Positions 29,417 to 40,500 of a DNA stretch of 64,000 nt are shown one piece after another. Source of the stretch: a virus. Positions within the stretch are counted from its first letter, which is position 1, and each line of letters begins with the position of its first letter. The stretch is taken from the IMG/VR virus record IMGVR_UViG_3300024312_000003, positions 64,001 through 128,000 of that record, one strand, 5' to 3'. The position numbers and the translations under genes were made by a program. Below the pieces are notes generated by a model that was given only the letters and a program-made list of their open reading frames with translations, ran no database searches and was not told where the DNA came from.

Positions 29417-30070
29417 TTAATTAGATTGTGACAAAACAGTTGGAGCGGGAGGAACGAAAGATTTAGGTCCATCAAGACGCTTCTTCTTTGGTTGAAACTC
29501 ACCTTTTCGTTCAAACTTTTTAGGTTGCTTTGACTTCTTTGGTTCTTTCACATCATCGGGTTTAGAAGTCTTGGCTTCGACCGTTTGTGTGTTATCCAAT
29601 TCAGCTCGTTCACGACGTGCTCGTTCTTCACGATAGAATGGATATCCGTGAGGATAGTGTTGGTACTTACGACACATCTTCACCACAAACTTATCCGGGA
29701 TACCAATGGTCGATTTCCCTTCATGATGATTTTCCATGGACATCACATGAACAGTGTATCCATTATTTCGACCGCGAGTGATGTAACTTGCGTACTCAGA
29801 GAAATGTCCGTTGATATTCGTTACAATGATGACTTCAGTTTTCTTTTCTAGAAGTTCATTGAATCGAACATAACATTGAGAAAAAGACTTACTAACATTC
29901 TCCTGCACGAATTCGTATTGTTTCGTTTCAGGATTGATCATGAAGTCATTTGCTTCAATGATTTCAACTGTCTTACCGATGCCTTTGTACAGAGCAAGGA
30001 GTTCGTTAGCCAGAGTAGTGCGACCAGAACCAGGAGTACCTTTGATGATGAAGATTTTCATATAGCTCAC
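29417..30070 (-). CDS. AAA_33/N4BP2-like P-loop kinase with Lys-rich tail
   Basis: IIKGTPGSGRTT (Walker A Lys replaced by Arg), EANDF, VTN.N, H..S..G.P. Confidence 0.75.
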   Translation of the reverse strand: MSYMKIFIIKGTPGSGRTTLANELLALYKGIGKTVEIIEANDFMINPETKQYEFVQENVSKSFSQCYVRFNELLEKKTEVIIVTNINGHFSEYASYITRGRNNGYTVHVMSMENHHEGKSTIGIPDKFVVKMCRKYQHYPHGYPFYREERARRERAELDNTQTVEAKTSKPDDVKEPKKSKQPKKFERKGEFQPKKKRLDGPKSFVPPAPTVLSQSN

Positions 30071-30090
30071 TTAAGTAGAACTGTTTACGA

Positions 30091-30235
30091 TGGTGGAGTG
30101 TCTAAAGATTCGAACTTTAGTAAGTGCTTGTAGATTACTCTATCAAATTGCACACAGGAATCATTTACACCTATTTCTAATCCCGTCGAATTAGAAAATT
30201 GGAGACCTGCTAGTTTTCCAATTCCATACCACTCC
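30091..30235 (-). ncRNA. 145-nt atypical tRNA-like RNA with acceptor stem, T-arm and encoded CCA
   Basis: 5' GGAGTG pairs with CACTCC-A-CCA; T-arm CTAAAG-TTCGAAT-CTTTAG; several extra hairpins in place of D and anticodon arms. Confidence 0.6.
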
Positions 30236-30260
30236 AAAATATTGAATTACTTTGTAAAAA

Positions 30261-30776
30261 TTAATCTACATTCTCTAAACAACCACATCTACAACACATT
30301 GATTCTGTTGCTCGAAATGACTGAATGGTCTTACTTGATTCATCGAGAGAAATTTCTTGTCCTGGATTAAAAAAAGAATGTTCACAATCAGGGTATAGGT
30401 GTGCTACGAGATGGATGAATATGTCCTTACGCAATGATTCTGAATAAACAGTCATGTGTAAATCATCTTTCACTCCAAGATAACTAGTTATAAAACGAAT
30501 GTCTGTAAGCTCTTTGTGTTTGAAGACATGTTTAAATGGATTTTTATCTGAGAAAATTTTAACCAATTCTCTCTTGTGATTGATCCATTTATGACTGTTG
30601 TATATATTCTCAGGATATCGACCATACATGCCAGAGTCAAATTTTTCAACAACACTAGAAAGACTAATCTTCCAACCAGGCTGAGGAGCTTCTAGATAGA
30701 AACCATTTTTTCCAACATACAGATCAAAAGCATACCTTCCGTCTATAGGTATGTTTAAATATCCTGAGAATCTCAT
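30261..30776 (-). CDS. Hypothetical protein with C-terminal Cys cluster
   Basis: 171-aa ORF, AGGA RBS. Confidence 0.6.
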   Translation of the reverse strand: MRFSGYLNIPIDGRYAFDLYVGKNGFYLEAPQPGWKISLSSVVEKFDSGMYGRYPENIYNSHKWINHKRELVKIFSDKNPFKHVFKHKELTDIRFITSYLGVKDDLHMTVYSESLRKDIFIHLVAHLYPDCEHSFFNPGQEISLDESSKTIQSFRATESMCCRCGCLENVD

Positions 30777-30782
30777 AATATC

Positions 30783-31172
30783 CTACTTTCCAGTTAAACG
30801 ATCAATTCGTTTCAGAATTTTATCATCTTTTTTCTTTTGACGTTTTTCATCCACGGCTCGATTCCATTCTTCAATTTCCAATTGTTCTTTTGTTTTGAAG
30901 AATGGATTTGTCTTATATGATCTTGTTTGTTTATTGAGTTTCACGATTTGATTAGTTCCAGTAATTGCATCGGATTCTTTATGCTCAATTGTAATTTTAT
31001 TGGCATCAGAATTGTTACGCAAGTCAGCAATTTCTGAGATCTTTTTGAGTTTTTGAGAATCGTCACATTCAATATCAACAACATCATAACCTGTCTTAGA
31101 CAGAACAGATGCAATTGTTGAACCTAATAGTCCAGAATTCCCACCTCCTAAAACCACGACTCGTTTATTCAT
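30783..31172 (-). CDS. Hypothetical protein with Rossmann-like N-terminus
   Basis: RVVVLGGGNSGLLG...GYDVVDIE; common phage small-protein pattern. Confidence 0.6.
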   Translation of the reverse strand: MNKRVVVLGGGNSGLLGSTIASVLSKTGYDVVDIECDDSQKLKKISEIADLRNNSDANKITIEHKESDAITGTNQIVKLNKQTRSYKTNPFFKTKEQLEIEEWNRAVDEKRQKKKDDKILKRIDRLTGK

Positions 31173-31440
31173 TCCGACTATTTCCTTGAATCAGTTTATA
31201 AACACTATTTGGAATTTCTTCACCAAAATGATTTCGGTAGATGTTATCAAACACTCTGGTTCTAATCAACCTTGTCTTTGCGATTTTAGCAGACGAAGAG
31301 TAAGCATCTGGAATATATAACAACTCCGATACGGCATGTGCTTTACAGAAAATTAAATCAAGAAGTAAATTCCATGATAGTTTAATCATGGGAGTTTTTT
31401 CTTTATGTTCGTCGTTTATCATTTCTGGAATTTCTTGCAT
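31165..31440 (-). CDS. Hypothetical protein
   Basis: Co-directional ORF. Confidence 0.55.
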   Translation of the reverse strand: MQEIPEMINDEHKEKTPMIKLSWNLLLDLIFCKAHAVSELLYIPDAYSSSAKIAKTRLIRTRVFDNIYRNHFGEEIPNSVYKLIQGNSRNE

Positions 31441-31499
31441 TATAATTTCCTAGATACGTCATAAATAGGTAGTGTGGACTATCCACACTACCTATGAAT

Positions 31500-31575
31500 T
31501 GGCTCCTCGACCTGGGCTCGAACCAGGGACCTGCGGATTAACAGTCCGACGCTCTACCAACTGAGCTATCGAGGA
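31500..31575 (-). tRNA. trnN: tRNA-Asn (GTT)
   Basis: TCCTCGATAGCTCAGTTGGTAGAGC...CTGTTAA...GGTTCGAGCC...GAGGAGCCA; 76 nt cloverleaf. Confidence 0.97.
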
Positions 31576-31582
31576 ATGGCTA

Positions 31583-31780
31583 TCAATATTTAATCAGATA
31601 TGGACCAAATGTTCCAGTACAAACAATATATCTGATTTTTCGTATATCGTAATATTTCTTCTTGATATTAAATCTTGCTTTATCAGCCAGAATTACCATC
31701 TCAAACAATGGAGCAATTACGAGTACAACTAAAATGTTCATCACTAATTTAAAAATCAGCTCTTTTAGTCGATTCACCAT
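31583..31780 (-). CDS. Small membrane protein
   Basis: One hydrophobic helix, basic tail. Confidence 0.5.
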   Translation of the reverse strand: MVNRLKELIFKLVMNILVVLVIAPLFEMVILADKARFNIKKKYYDIRKIRYIVCTGTFGPYLIKY

Positions 31781-32334
31781 TTGAGATAATCAGGTAAGAG
31801 TATTTGTGATTCTTGAGATGGTTTGAATTCAATCCCGAACTTCTTGAGATTGGATATCTGTTGTTCGTCTCCGAACTTTTTAGAACTATCCCAAGCCCAT
31901 TGAAGTAGACCTTGTCTCTGAACAGGTCTACAATCTTTATTCTTCAGATCACAATTTGCATTGATCTGACCCATGTGGCGAGCAACGAATGAACGCCATC
32001 TACCTATTTGCCATTTGTCTTCTTTCTCCAGTCTTCGACCGTAGAAATACTTAGCATACCATTCCCACCAACCTAATGGAGAATCCTTCGTAGTCCAACC
32101 ATTCTTCTCCCATTCTTTAAGGGACTGTCTTGATTTTACTCCGAAGTGATTTTTCTCAACATCAGGTTCTTTACTTCTAGGAAATACGTTAGGATGTTTA
32201 TACCAAGAAGCAGGTAATCCTTTTATGGCTACGTTATAATGACAATCCATGAATACACCTAAATCCAACATTTCTTCAGGAGTATAGCATGGATAGAAAG
32301 ATGTATTCCATGTATCTGAATTCTTTACCTTCAT
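31774..32334 (-). CDS. Conserved hypothetical protein (TPxEMLxLGVF / GWxxWYxxYxxGRR / RQGLLQWA family)
   Basis: Widespread uncharacterised motif set recognised by eye. Confidence 0.75.
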   Translation of the reverse strand: MKVKNSDTWNTSFYPCYTPEEMLDLGVFMDCHYNVAIKGLPASWYKHPNVFPRSKEPDVEKNHFGVKSRQSLKEWEKNGWTTKDSPLGWWEWYAKYFYGRRLEKEDKWQIGRWRSFVARHMGQINANCDLKNKDCRPVQRQGLLQWAWDSSKKFGDEQQISNLKKFGIEFKPSQESQILLPDYLKW

Positions 32335-32379
32335 GACTCTTTCCCATAAATGTTATTCATAAGAAAGATGTGTAGTTTC

Positions 32380-32464
32380 TGGTGGCCGGGACGGGGGTCG
32401 AACCCGTATACCCTAAAGCGGGGGATTTTAAGTCCCCTGTGTCTACCAATTTCACCACCCGGCC
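32380..32464 (-). tRNA. trnL: tRNA-Leu (TAA)
   Basis: GGCCGGG acceptor, GGGGA-CTTAAAA-TCCCC anticodon arm, long variable arm, CCA; 85 nt. Confidence 0.96.
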
Positions 32465-32526
32465 ATCTTCACTACATAAGTTAAATGACTTATGTAAATT
32501 AATACCTAAGTCATTTTAGTAATATA

Positions 32527-33240
32527 TCATTGAATTTTGTTTAAAACATTATTCTTTACACAATGTTCGTAAAATTCTTCAGATATGAGTATCTCTCTGC
32601 CGTCCTTTATAACTAATCCGTTTTGTTGAAATTTCTTGAAAACCCTAGAAGCCATTTCTCTTGAACAAGACGATAGTTCAGATATTTTACTAATCGTCAT
32701 GTTTCCCATGGTAATTACTCCTATTTTTCTTTCAGAGTATCTACCTATCGAAACCATTATTCTTTCTTCAACATTTAATGCTGGTAAAATAGCCGATCTT
32801 GTAATTATCTTATTATTTAAATTAGCCAGTTCAGAATAAATGGCGTTTCTGAATTGTCTATTAACATTCATCATGTCTGCTATAACTGATGATGGTATTT
32901 TTACAACATCGGTATTTTGAATACATCTAATATCAGTAATTGATTTTGTTTGACCAATTACGCTTCTTAGATTTATAACTTCTAGCATTGAGTAGAAATC
33001 AATTACCGACTTTCTATTGTATTTAGGTTCTTTTCTGATCTCAGAATAAAGAACAGTCATACTGGCTTCTACTTTACCATTTAGTATAAAAAATAGATTT
33101 GAATTATCTTCATCTTTTTCAATGATTAATTCATTCCTAGCATATTTTGTCTTTATCAAATTTTTAGCAATTTGATCTAATTCCAATGCAGTTAGGTTTT
33201 GAAATAAATGATTTCTTTTAAGAACGTCTTGAATTTTCAT
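32527..33240 (-). CDS. CRP/FNR-family transcriptional regulator
   Basis: LF..L...EL..I, LFFILNGKVE cNMP-barrel start; C-terminal T.S.ISELSSCSREMASRVFKKFQQNGLV winged HTH. Confidence 0.85.
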   Translation of the reverse strand: MKIQDVLKRNHLFQNLTALELDQIAKNLIKTKYARNELIIEKDEDNSNLFFILNGKVEASMTVLYSEIRKEPKYNRKSVIDFYSMLEVINLRSVIGQTKSITDIRCIQNTDVVKIPSSVIADMMNVNRQFRNAIYSELANLNNKIITRSAILPALNVEERIMVSIGRYSERKIGVITMGNMTISKISELSSCSREMASRVFKKFQQNGLVIKDGREILISEEFYEHCVKNNVLNKIQ

Positions 33241-33347
33241 AATAGAATGTTTATATAGTTAGAGTATAAATACGGCATAATAAATCAATTATAGGTAATA
33301 AAAAAGTACAGGATTATATCCTGTACTTTTTTATTTATTTTAATGTT

Positions 33348-33782
33348 TTAACTTTTATTCAATTTAAGACCAAAAGAACCATACGGTCTCCATCCTGCGT
33401 AAAAGCTATATTTTCCCTTATAGCTTATAAGAGGTAGTGGAAATTTAATAGTAGGAGTGGGAGTAATATGGAATGTCCATTTATTTGGAGTACCCCATTC
33501 GGCTGTAGAATACACTGTTCTTGCGTGATCAGCAATACCGATTGTATAAAAGCAAAGATTGTGAGCGGGATTTCGAAGCCACCAAAGTATTGCTAACTTT
33601 AGAGTCTTATCCCGGCCTTTTCTCCAATTGTCATCACCATAATAGCCATCGTCATCATTTCCAAATATAGCCCAAAATGGATACAGTCGTTGGATGAAGT
33701 TTCTATCTATCTTTCTTCGCGCAGGTAATGTTTCTACATGAGGAAATATTTTAATAAAAATAGATTGGATTAATTTAAACAT
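33348..33782 (-). CDS. Hypothetical protein (GNDDDG..GD..W / WWLRNPA family)
   Basis: 144-aa ORF directly after fibre genes. Confidence 0.7.
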   Translation of the reverse strand: MFKLIQSIFIKIFPHVETLPARRKIDRNFIQRLYPFWAIFGNDDDGYYGDDNWRKGRDKTLKLAILWWLRNPAHNLCFYTIGIADHARTVYSTAEWGTPNKWTFHITPTPTIKFPLPLISYKGKYSFYAGWRPYGSFGLKLNKS

Positions 33783-33805
33783 GTTTATTCTTTCTTTTCA
33801 AAAAA

Positions 33806-33833
33806 CATAAAGAGGGGAATTCCCCTCTTTATG
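33806..33833. terminator. Perfect 28-bp palindrome, identical to 44611..44638
   Basis: CATAAAGAGGGGAATTCCCCTCTTTATG. Confidence 0.85.
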
Positions 33834-33836
33834 CCG

Positions 33837-36800
33837 TTATAACCAATATTCCCCGGAAGGATTATAAGTCCAATAATCAACTCTTGTCATTTCGTCAGAT
33901 CCTGAATTCATTGTAAAACCAGGGTGACCGCCGGACAGCGGAGTTGGATCAGTGTAAGTTGTAAACAGAACACCGTTTATATAAACCTCAAAGGTATCGT
34001 TAGCAGTAGGTACAACTTTAAGAATTGTATCGGCTGTTAAAGTATAAGGTATTGATGTTTGTTCAACCCAATTTCTGGTTATTCTTAAATTAGAAGAATT
34101 GAAGAAGAATCCATAAGCTTGAGTCATTGTTGCTCTGAGCACAGCACCAACTTCAAAATTGAATGTGGTTTGAAGCGGTTGTTTTATCCTCATTTCTACT
34201 TGGGACATCGGACCTGTTTCAGCATCTACAAACCAGCAGTATCCTCCGGCGTTTTTAGAAACATAACTGCCTCTAAGATATCCTTCTCCATCGCAATAGA
34301 AATAGTCTAAAGCTGGATAACTACCGAAGGCTAAAGAGCCAGCCCATCTAGAATCTAATGTTCTAACAGCAGTACCTGATGAAGCTGAGAAATTAAACTT
34401 TCTATAAGCGTCCGGATCAGCTGTGGCTGCCTTAACATAAACAGTTTCAGAGTACTCAGACCACGATTCTCCTATAGAGTTCGTCGCAGTAATTAAACAT
34501 CTTAGTCCAGCACCAACCATATCTAGCGTTGGGGTAGTCTCGTAAGTGTTTTGACCTATCAGTAAAGTATTACCAGCATACCACTGATAGGTGTAACCAA
34601 CAGGACTGTTCGTCCATGTACCAGTTGTTACTCTTACTGGGAATCCGGATTGTTTAGATCCAGATATTGTTGCCAAAGTAACAATTTGAGGAGTGGTAGC
34701 CGATACAATAACTATACCTGCTGATATGGCTGTAGTTAAGCCGGCATCGTTAACTGCTGTTTCTACGAAATAAACCTCATAACCTATATCGTCGTTGGTA
34801 CTAGTGTATGTATCGCTAGTTTCACCGACAATTAAAGAAGATATTCCGTTTAATTTTCGCATCCATTGAATTGTACTTGAATCAGCTTTAGGACTATATC
34901 TGGCCTTATTAGCTGTTAGTACATTTCCTATTACTCTGTTACCGGTGACATAAGCTTGCGAAATAGCTTTAGGGGGAGGCATCTCCATATAAGGATAATT
35001 GATGGGATCTCCTTGTGGAGTAAGTCCTCTTTCAGTTATCATTGGATGATACTGCGCGTTTAGATTGTAATAAACGCTTGTGGGTAGCAGACTTACATCA
35101 TCATCATCGTAAGATACAAAGCCGGGATCGACATCTTGATTAGTGATGTTTAGATCCACTAAAGATCCTTTATAAGAAATACCCTGTAGAACAGATATGC
35201 CATCTCTGTTTGCAGTAGCTGGATCATAAGCCGTAGGCACAACGTTTCTTGCAAAGTTCGTATCGCTAGCTTCTAATACCCCAGCGTACGCAAAGAAACC
35301 TAACTTGGGAAGTTTACCAGTTGGAGTTCTTTTACCAGAGTAAAGTATGTTATTCTTAGCATAGAACTTCATTGGTTCTCTGGTATTCCATGCGCTGAAT
35401 AATGAGGAATTAAAACTATCGTAATAAACGTTATTAAAGAAACCGGAAGATGAGTCGGCTCTTATTGCGACGACATTCTTATAAAAGAAAACAATGCCCC
35501 CGCCAGTTACTTGATTGTGCTCTGAATAGAACGGACCATCGCCGTGACCTATTACATTAGCAACATTGTCCATGAAGAATGTATTGCCGTAAATGTAAGG
35601 GAAATTAGCTAACTTAATTCCAAATACATCAGTAATAGTTAGAGCATCCACATACGTTGCTTGAGGCTCTCTTAAAGATATGCAGTTTTGTGGACCAGAG
35701 CGAATATGGTTGTATCTGAATATCTGACCAGTCGATCTATCTTTGATAGAGTCGCCTGCGTTACCGTTCTTATTTGCACCTATGTAGTTGAATTCATAAA
35801 TGGTGTTAGTTGATTCAGAATAACTATTGTGCGTACCGGTATCACCAACTTCACCATTATCATAGATGTAGTTAAAGAGTATATGTAAATTCTTTAGCTG
35901 AAATCTAGGACCGTTATTAGGATTAGAGTTAGCAAATATACCACAACTATTATCGTGAATTTCACAACCAGAAATGGTAATGTAATCCCCACCCATGACC
36001 TTAATGCCAGCGCTGAAATGACCCCAACGTGTTTGTTGGCCATACATGTTGATAAATTCATTATCCTTATAGGCGGCCGTAATCTTTAGTCCATGGATAT
36101 GGATGTATCCTGGCCGATAAGATGTACTAGCACCGATACCTAATGGTTGAATGATGTTAATTAAACCAGCCCCAGTGTGGGTATCGTTAAGTCTGGAATT
36201 AACCGGATCGTTTTCAGCTCCGATACCATTTAGTTCAGGTAATTGACCTTGTGGTCCTCTGACTCCAATGATTTCAATCCATCTGGTTATTTCACCCCTA
36301 ACATGTACTGGTAGTACGTGTCTGTAAGGTTGTGCTCTCCAATAAACAAATACTCTATCACCAGGTCTGAGGTTTAACCAAGGAACTTCGCTTAATTCAG
36401 CATATTCCATTCCTGGACCTACTCTGAAATCATAACTTGTTAAATCAACACCGATTCGGTTTGGAAGAACGTGATAGTACTTCCAATTTATGTCAGTTAT
36501 ATCGACTGCATTGAAAACAGGCTGATCTCTTAAATTAAAAGGATTAGGAGCTATCTGTCCTGGTGTAAATTCACCATTGCGATACTTCTTAAACCAAGTT
36601 ATGGTATCTTGTCTGGTTGGCACTGGTGGCAATATACTCATGATTAAGTTAGCGTTAGATTCACTAACTCCATCACTTATTCGATACGTCACCATTGGAA
36701 TAAGACCGTAATAACCATTGGTTGGACTTACAGACCAGGCGCCATTTGAATCTAATGAGAATAAACCGGCAGCTCCAAAATCAATAACATCCCCAGGCTG

Positions 36801-37463
36801 ATATGTGGTGGCATGACCTGAAACCGTAAGAGACACCACTGTCAGTGGAGATCCTTCGTAATCAAAGTCGTTAGTTAAGACATTGCCGGTAGAAGTTACA
36901 TTAGGTGGTAATGCAACAGAATCAGTCATACCGACAGGACCTTGATTGGTGCCTGTTATGTTAATTGTTAGCTTTTCTAATTTAGAACCAGTTGATCTAG
37001 CATCCAATACTCTGTAGTAAATTTCTTCACTTGCGACCTGTCCTTGAGTCAGAGCACTACCTGCAGATCCAATTGTAAAAATCCAAGCACCGTCGCTGTT
37101 TAGTCTGAAAGTTCCATAAACGGTATTGAAAGTAGTACCAACAGAACGATTTCCTCCAGAATAAACTATTTCATTAACGGATATGAAATCTCCCTCTGGA
37201 TCGCTATCGTTGGTTAAAACGTTGCCTGTTATTATTCTATTTGCATCAATAAGAGTTGCGGTATCCGGATTAGTAACCGGCATTTTATTAATGTTCTGTA
37301 ATTGCTGGAATACTGAGTTACCGGCAATTGGTTTTACTTCTCCGTTTGGATACTTTATGTATAAAGTTTCAGTAACAAAAGAATATCCTAATTCTTTCAA
37401 TAATAGATCTGACGGATCAGGCTGTGCCTTTGTCTCCGAAGATCTTATGGTAAATCTACTCAT
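33837..37463 (-). CDS. Fibre/tailspike-like protein 1: N-terminal attachment motif, two VCBS/cadherin-like repeats, beta-helix, Ig-like repeats, C-terminal lectin-like domain
   Basis: ORF 33837..37496, likely start MSRFTIR at 37463; GNVLTND.D repeats; ISGCEIHDN..GIF..; W...P..YTYQW; SGGHPGF. Confidence 0.8.
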   Translation of the reverse strand: MSRFTIRSSETKAQPDPSDLLLKELGYSFVTETLYIKYPNGEVKPIAGNSVFQQLQNINKMPVTNPDTATLIDANRIITGNVLTNDSDPEGDFISVNEIVYSGGNRSVGTTFNTVYGTFRLNSDGAWIFTIGSAGSALTQGQVASEEIYYRVLDARSTGSKLEKLTINITGTNQGPVGMTDSVALPPNVTSTGNVLTNDFDYEGSPLTVVSLTVSGHATTYQPGDVIDFGAAGLFSLDSNGAWSVSPTNGYYGLIPMVTYRISDGVSESNANLIMSILPPVPTRQDTITWFKKYRNGEFTPGQIAPNPFNLRDQPVFNAVDITDINWKYYHVLPNRIGVDLTSYDFRVGPGMEYAELSEVPWLNLRPGDRVFVYWRAQPYRHVLPVHVRGEITRWIEIIGVRGPQGQLPELNGIGAENDPVNSRLNDTHTGAGLINIIQPLGIGASTSYRPGYIHIHGLKITAAYKDNEFINMYGQQTRWGHFSAGIKVMGGDYITISGCEIHDNSCGIFANSNPNNGPRFQLKNLHILFNYIYDNGEVGDTGTHNSYSESTNTIYEFNYIGANKNGNAGDSIKDRSTGQIFRYNHIRSGPQNCISLREPQATYVDALTITDVFGIKLANFPYIYGNTFFMDNVANVIGHGDGPFYSEHNQVTGGGIVFFYKNVVAIRADSSSGFFNNVYYDSFNSSLFSAWNTREPMKFYAKNNILYSGKRTPTGKLPKLGFFAYAGVLEASDTNFARNVVPTAYDPATANRDGISVLQGISYKGSLVDLNITNQDVDPGFVSYDDDDVSLLPTSVYYNLNAQYHPMITERGLTPQGDPINYPYMEMPPPKAISQAYVTGNRVIGNVLTANKARYSPKADSSTIQWMRKLNGISSLIVGETSDTYTSTNDDIGYEVYFVETAVNDAGLTTAISAGIVIVSATTPQIVTLATISGSKQSGFPVRVTTGTWTNSPVGYTYQWYAGNTLLIGQNTYETTPTLDMVGAGLRCLITATNSIGESWSEYSETVYVKAATADPDAYRKFNFSASSGTAVRTLDSRWAGSLAFGSYPALDYFYCDGEGYLRGSYVSKNAGGYCWFVDAETGPMSQVEMRIKQPLQTTFNFEVGAVLRATMTQAYGFFFNSSNLRITRNWVEQTSIPYTLTADTILKVVPTANDTFEVYINGVLFTTYTDPTPLSGGHPGFTMNSGSDEMTRVDYWTYNPSGEYWL

Positions 37464-37518
37464 GATCGTCCTTGTTTTTTGGGTTGACTGTATCACACAC
37501 GATACTTCAAAAAATACA

Positions 37519-37548
37519 GCATAAAGAGGGGAGATCCCCTCTTTATGC
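37519..37548. terminator. Hairpin between fibre genes 1 and 2
   Basis: GCATAAAGAGGGG-AGAT-CCCCTCTTTATGC. Confidence 0.85.
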
Positions 37549-37549
37549 T

Positions 37550-40500
37550 TTAGGCGTTATCAGTCCAGTATGTGAATTCATTAGGTAAGTCGTTATCGCC
37601 TATACCTATTGACAATCCAGGATACCCTCCAGACAATGGGGAAGGATCATCATAAGTACTGAGTAATGCATCATTTACATAAATGCTGATGACACTACCA
37701 GATCTAGTTGCTCTTAGCTTATTAAGAGTTGCTTGACCATGATTCCATGCATTGATATAAGTTCCATTGCGATGGAGAGTTACCTCAGTTGTACCGCAAT
37801 TTATTTCATATCCTTGCACAGCATCAAAGTTCAAGACTACTCCTAAATTACCGCCAGAGTTCCTGAAGTTCATTCCTATTTCAACAGACACATTATTGCC
37901 TTGAGAATTTTCATACCAAGCTACACCACCATTCCAAAGTGAAACGTATGAGGCAGTTAATGCTCCATTCCCAGTACAGAAACAGTAATCGTGAGGATAT
38001 TGTCCTGCAGTTTGTCTGCTGTTCCACTTGGAATTTAGAGTCTTAAGACTGGTTCCATTTAATGCGCTGAAATTAAACTTACCAGTGGCATCAGGGTCAG
38101 TTATGGCCGTTATAACCGTTATCAGATTAGAGTCAGCTTCACCAAATTCACCACCAGAATTAGTTGCTTTAATTCTAGCAAAAATACTCTTTCCAATATA
38201 AGAATTGTCTGGAGTAAATGAAGTTGAAGTCTGTCCTGCTATTAGTGTTGAACTACCGTTGGTCTCTCTAACATACCACTGAACAGCGTAACTAATTGGA
38301 GTATTGGTCCAGTTACCATTATTACTTACAGTAACAGCAGAACCACTCTGACCACTTCCAGTTATAGTCGGTGCTGTTGTATTTTGAGGAGTAGTGGTTG
38401 TGGCTATATGGAATAAATCCGATTCAGATACAATGGTAGTCGATCCATAATGGAAAGTACATCTGAATTTAAGATCCATACCTCCGTCATCACTCACAAC
38501 TGTGTAGCTTAATGATGTCTGTCCGGCAATAGGATTTGTTCCACGATACCATTGATAATCAACAGAATCAAACTGAGGGCCTATTATTGCAGGTATTGCG
38601 GTGAGTACTGATCCAATTCCATGCGAGCCAGTTATACTCGGAACAGCATGAACAACAGGTGTTCTTTTCTTACCATAGGGTGCTTGTACTGGTAATCCTA
38701 ATGGCGTTAGTGCTCTAAGAATGACTTCGTTTTTGTGCGCCCCGTTTAAAGTAAAATACGGGCTCGTATTCATTATGCTAAAGTCATTATTTTGAATACT
38801 AGCAAATCCTGGATCAGCATTACTTAACGTTACATTCAGATCAGTTAGAGTTCCAGTGTATGGATTACCTTGGTTAACACTACCCGCATTTGGAGTTGCA
38901 GCTGGGTTAATCTCAGTAGGTTTAAAACTGTTTGTGAAATTGGAATAGAAATCAGCAATACCCTGATATCGGAAAGCCGAGAAAGGAGGAACAGTTCCGC
39001 CTTGAGTAGCTGCCTTAGAGTAATACAAATTATTGTAAGAAACTCCGGTTTGTAATGTTCTGGTATTCCAGAAATCAAATGTCGGAACCCCACCAGCATC
39101 GGTGTGTGCGCCAGCATAATCATATCCCGCTGCATCAAAATTAGCAACGCAGATATTATTGTAGAAGAAACACTTACCGTTTCCTCTTACTTGATTTTCG
39201 AATCCACCATATACGAAAATACCATCGCCGTGAGCAACCATACTTGCTTCGTTTATGAACTCAAATTGATTTGCATAAACGTAACTATAGTTAGCACAAT
39301 TAACTCCTAAAGAGTCTACTTGAGTAAAGCCTATGCTAACAGTTGCTTGTGGATCACGCAAAGACATTGCATTTGCAGAGCCGCTCTTGAAATAATTGTA
39401 TCGGAAAATATGTCCAGTCGATCTATCTTTGATCGAATCACCGGCATTACCTGGTTTATTAGGTTCAAAGTAGTTAAATTCATAAATCATACTTATTGCT
39501 TCAGTGTATGAATTATGAGTACCATAAGCCTCCTGTCCAGTCGCACCGTTATTGCCAAAACGATTAAACAACATATGGCAGAATCTAGACACCAATCTTT
39601 CTCCGTTACCTGGAGTTGAATTGATGAATACTCCAATTCCGTTATCATGGAAATAACAACCGGAAACAATCAGATAATCAACTCCAGCGACCTTGATACC
39701 GGCTACAAACTCACCCCAATCTTTATTAGCACCGGTGTAGTCCGTTATTCTTGAAGGAGTCATTGTATTTCTAATTTCTAAACCATGGATATGGATATAA
39801 CCTGGTTTAAAGAAATTATTAGACCTACCGTCTAGTGGTGGTACGATAACTATCATACCTGAACTAGAGTGAGTGCTGTTCAAAGAACTTGTACTGGCTA
39901 CTTCAATAGCGTTTGTTGCGTCCAATATTGGTTTGTTACCGTTAGAATCTTTAACACCAATAATTTCAATCCACTTTGCAGACGTTCCTCTGTTTTGCAG
40001 AGTGATAACATGATTATACGGCGTGGCTCTATAGTAGACAAATACTCTATCACCAGGAAGCAATTTATCCCAAGGAATATCTCCGATTTCAGCATATTCC
40101 ATTCCTGGACCTACTCTGAAGTCAAGACAGCTGGAATCAGCAGCATTTCTATTTGGGAACCATGGTCTATAGTCCCAATCTGGATAGGTCCAATTTACAG
40201 CGTATGATGGATCGACTCTTACTTGAACTGGATTGGTAGCAATGTTTACCGGGGTAACGTCACCATTCTCATATTGATTAAACCAATTAACAGCTTGAGT
40301 ATATTCGTTACTAACGTTAGGCAAGACAGTAACAACAATGCTTCCAGAAGTAACTGTCGCATTTCCATCTGTTACCGAGTACTGTATTGTTGGGAAGTAA
40401 CCAGAATAATCAGGATCGGCAGTAATAGACCACGTTCCATTAGCATTTACTGTAACACTACCAACGTCAGTTAAATTAACTGTAGAACCCGGAGTTCTGT

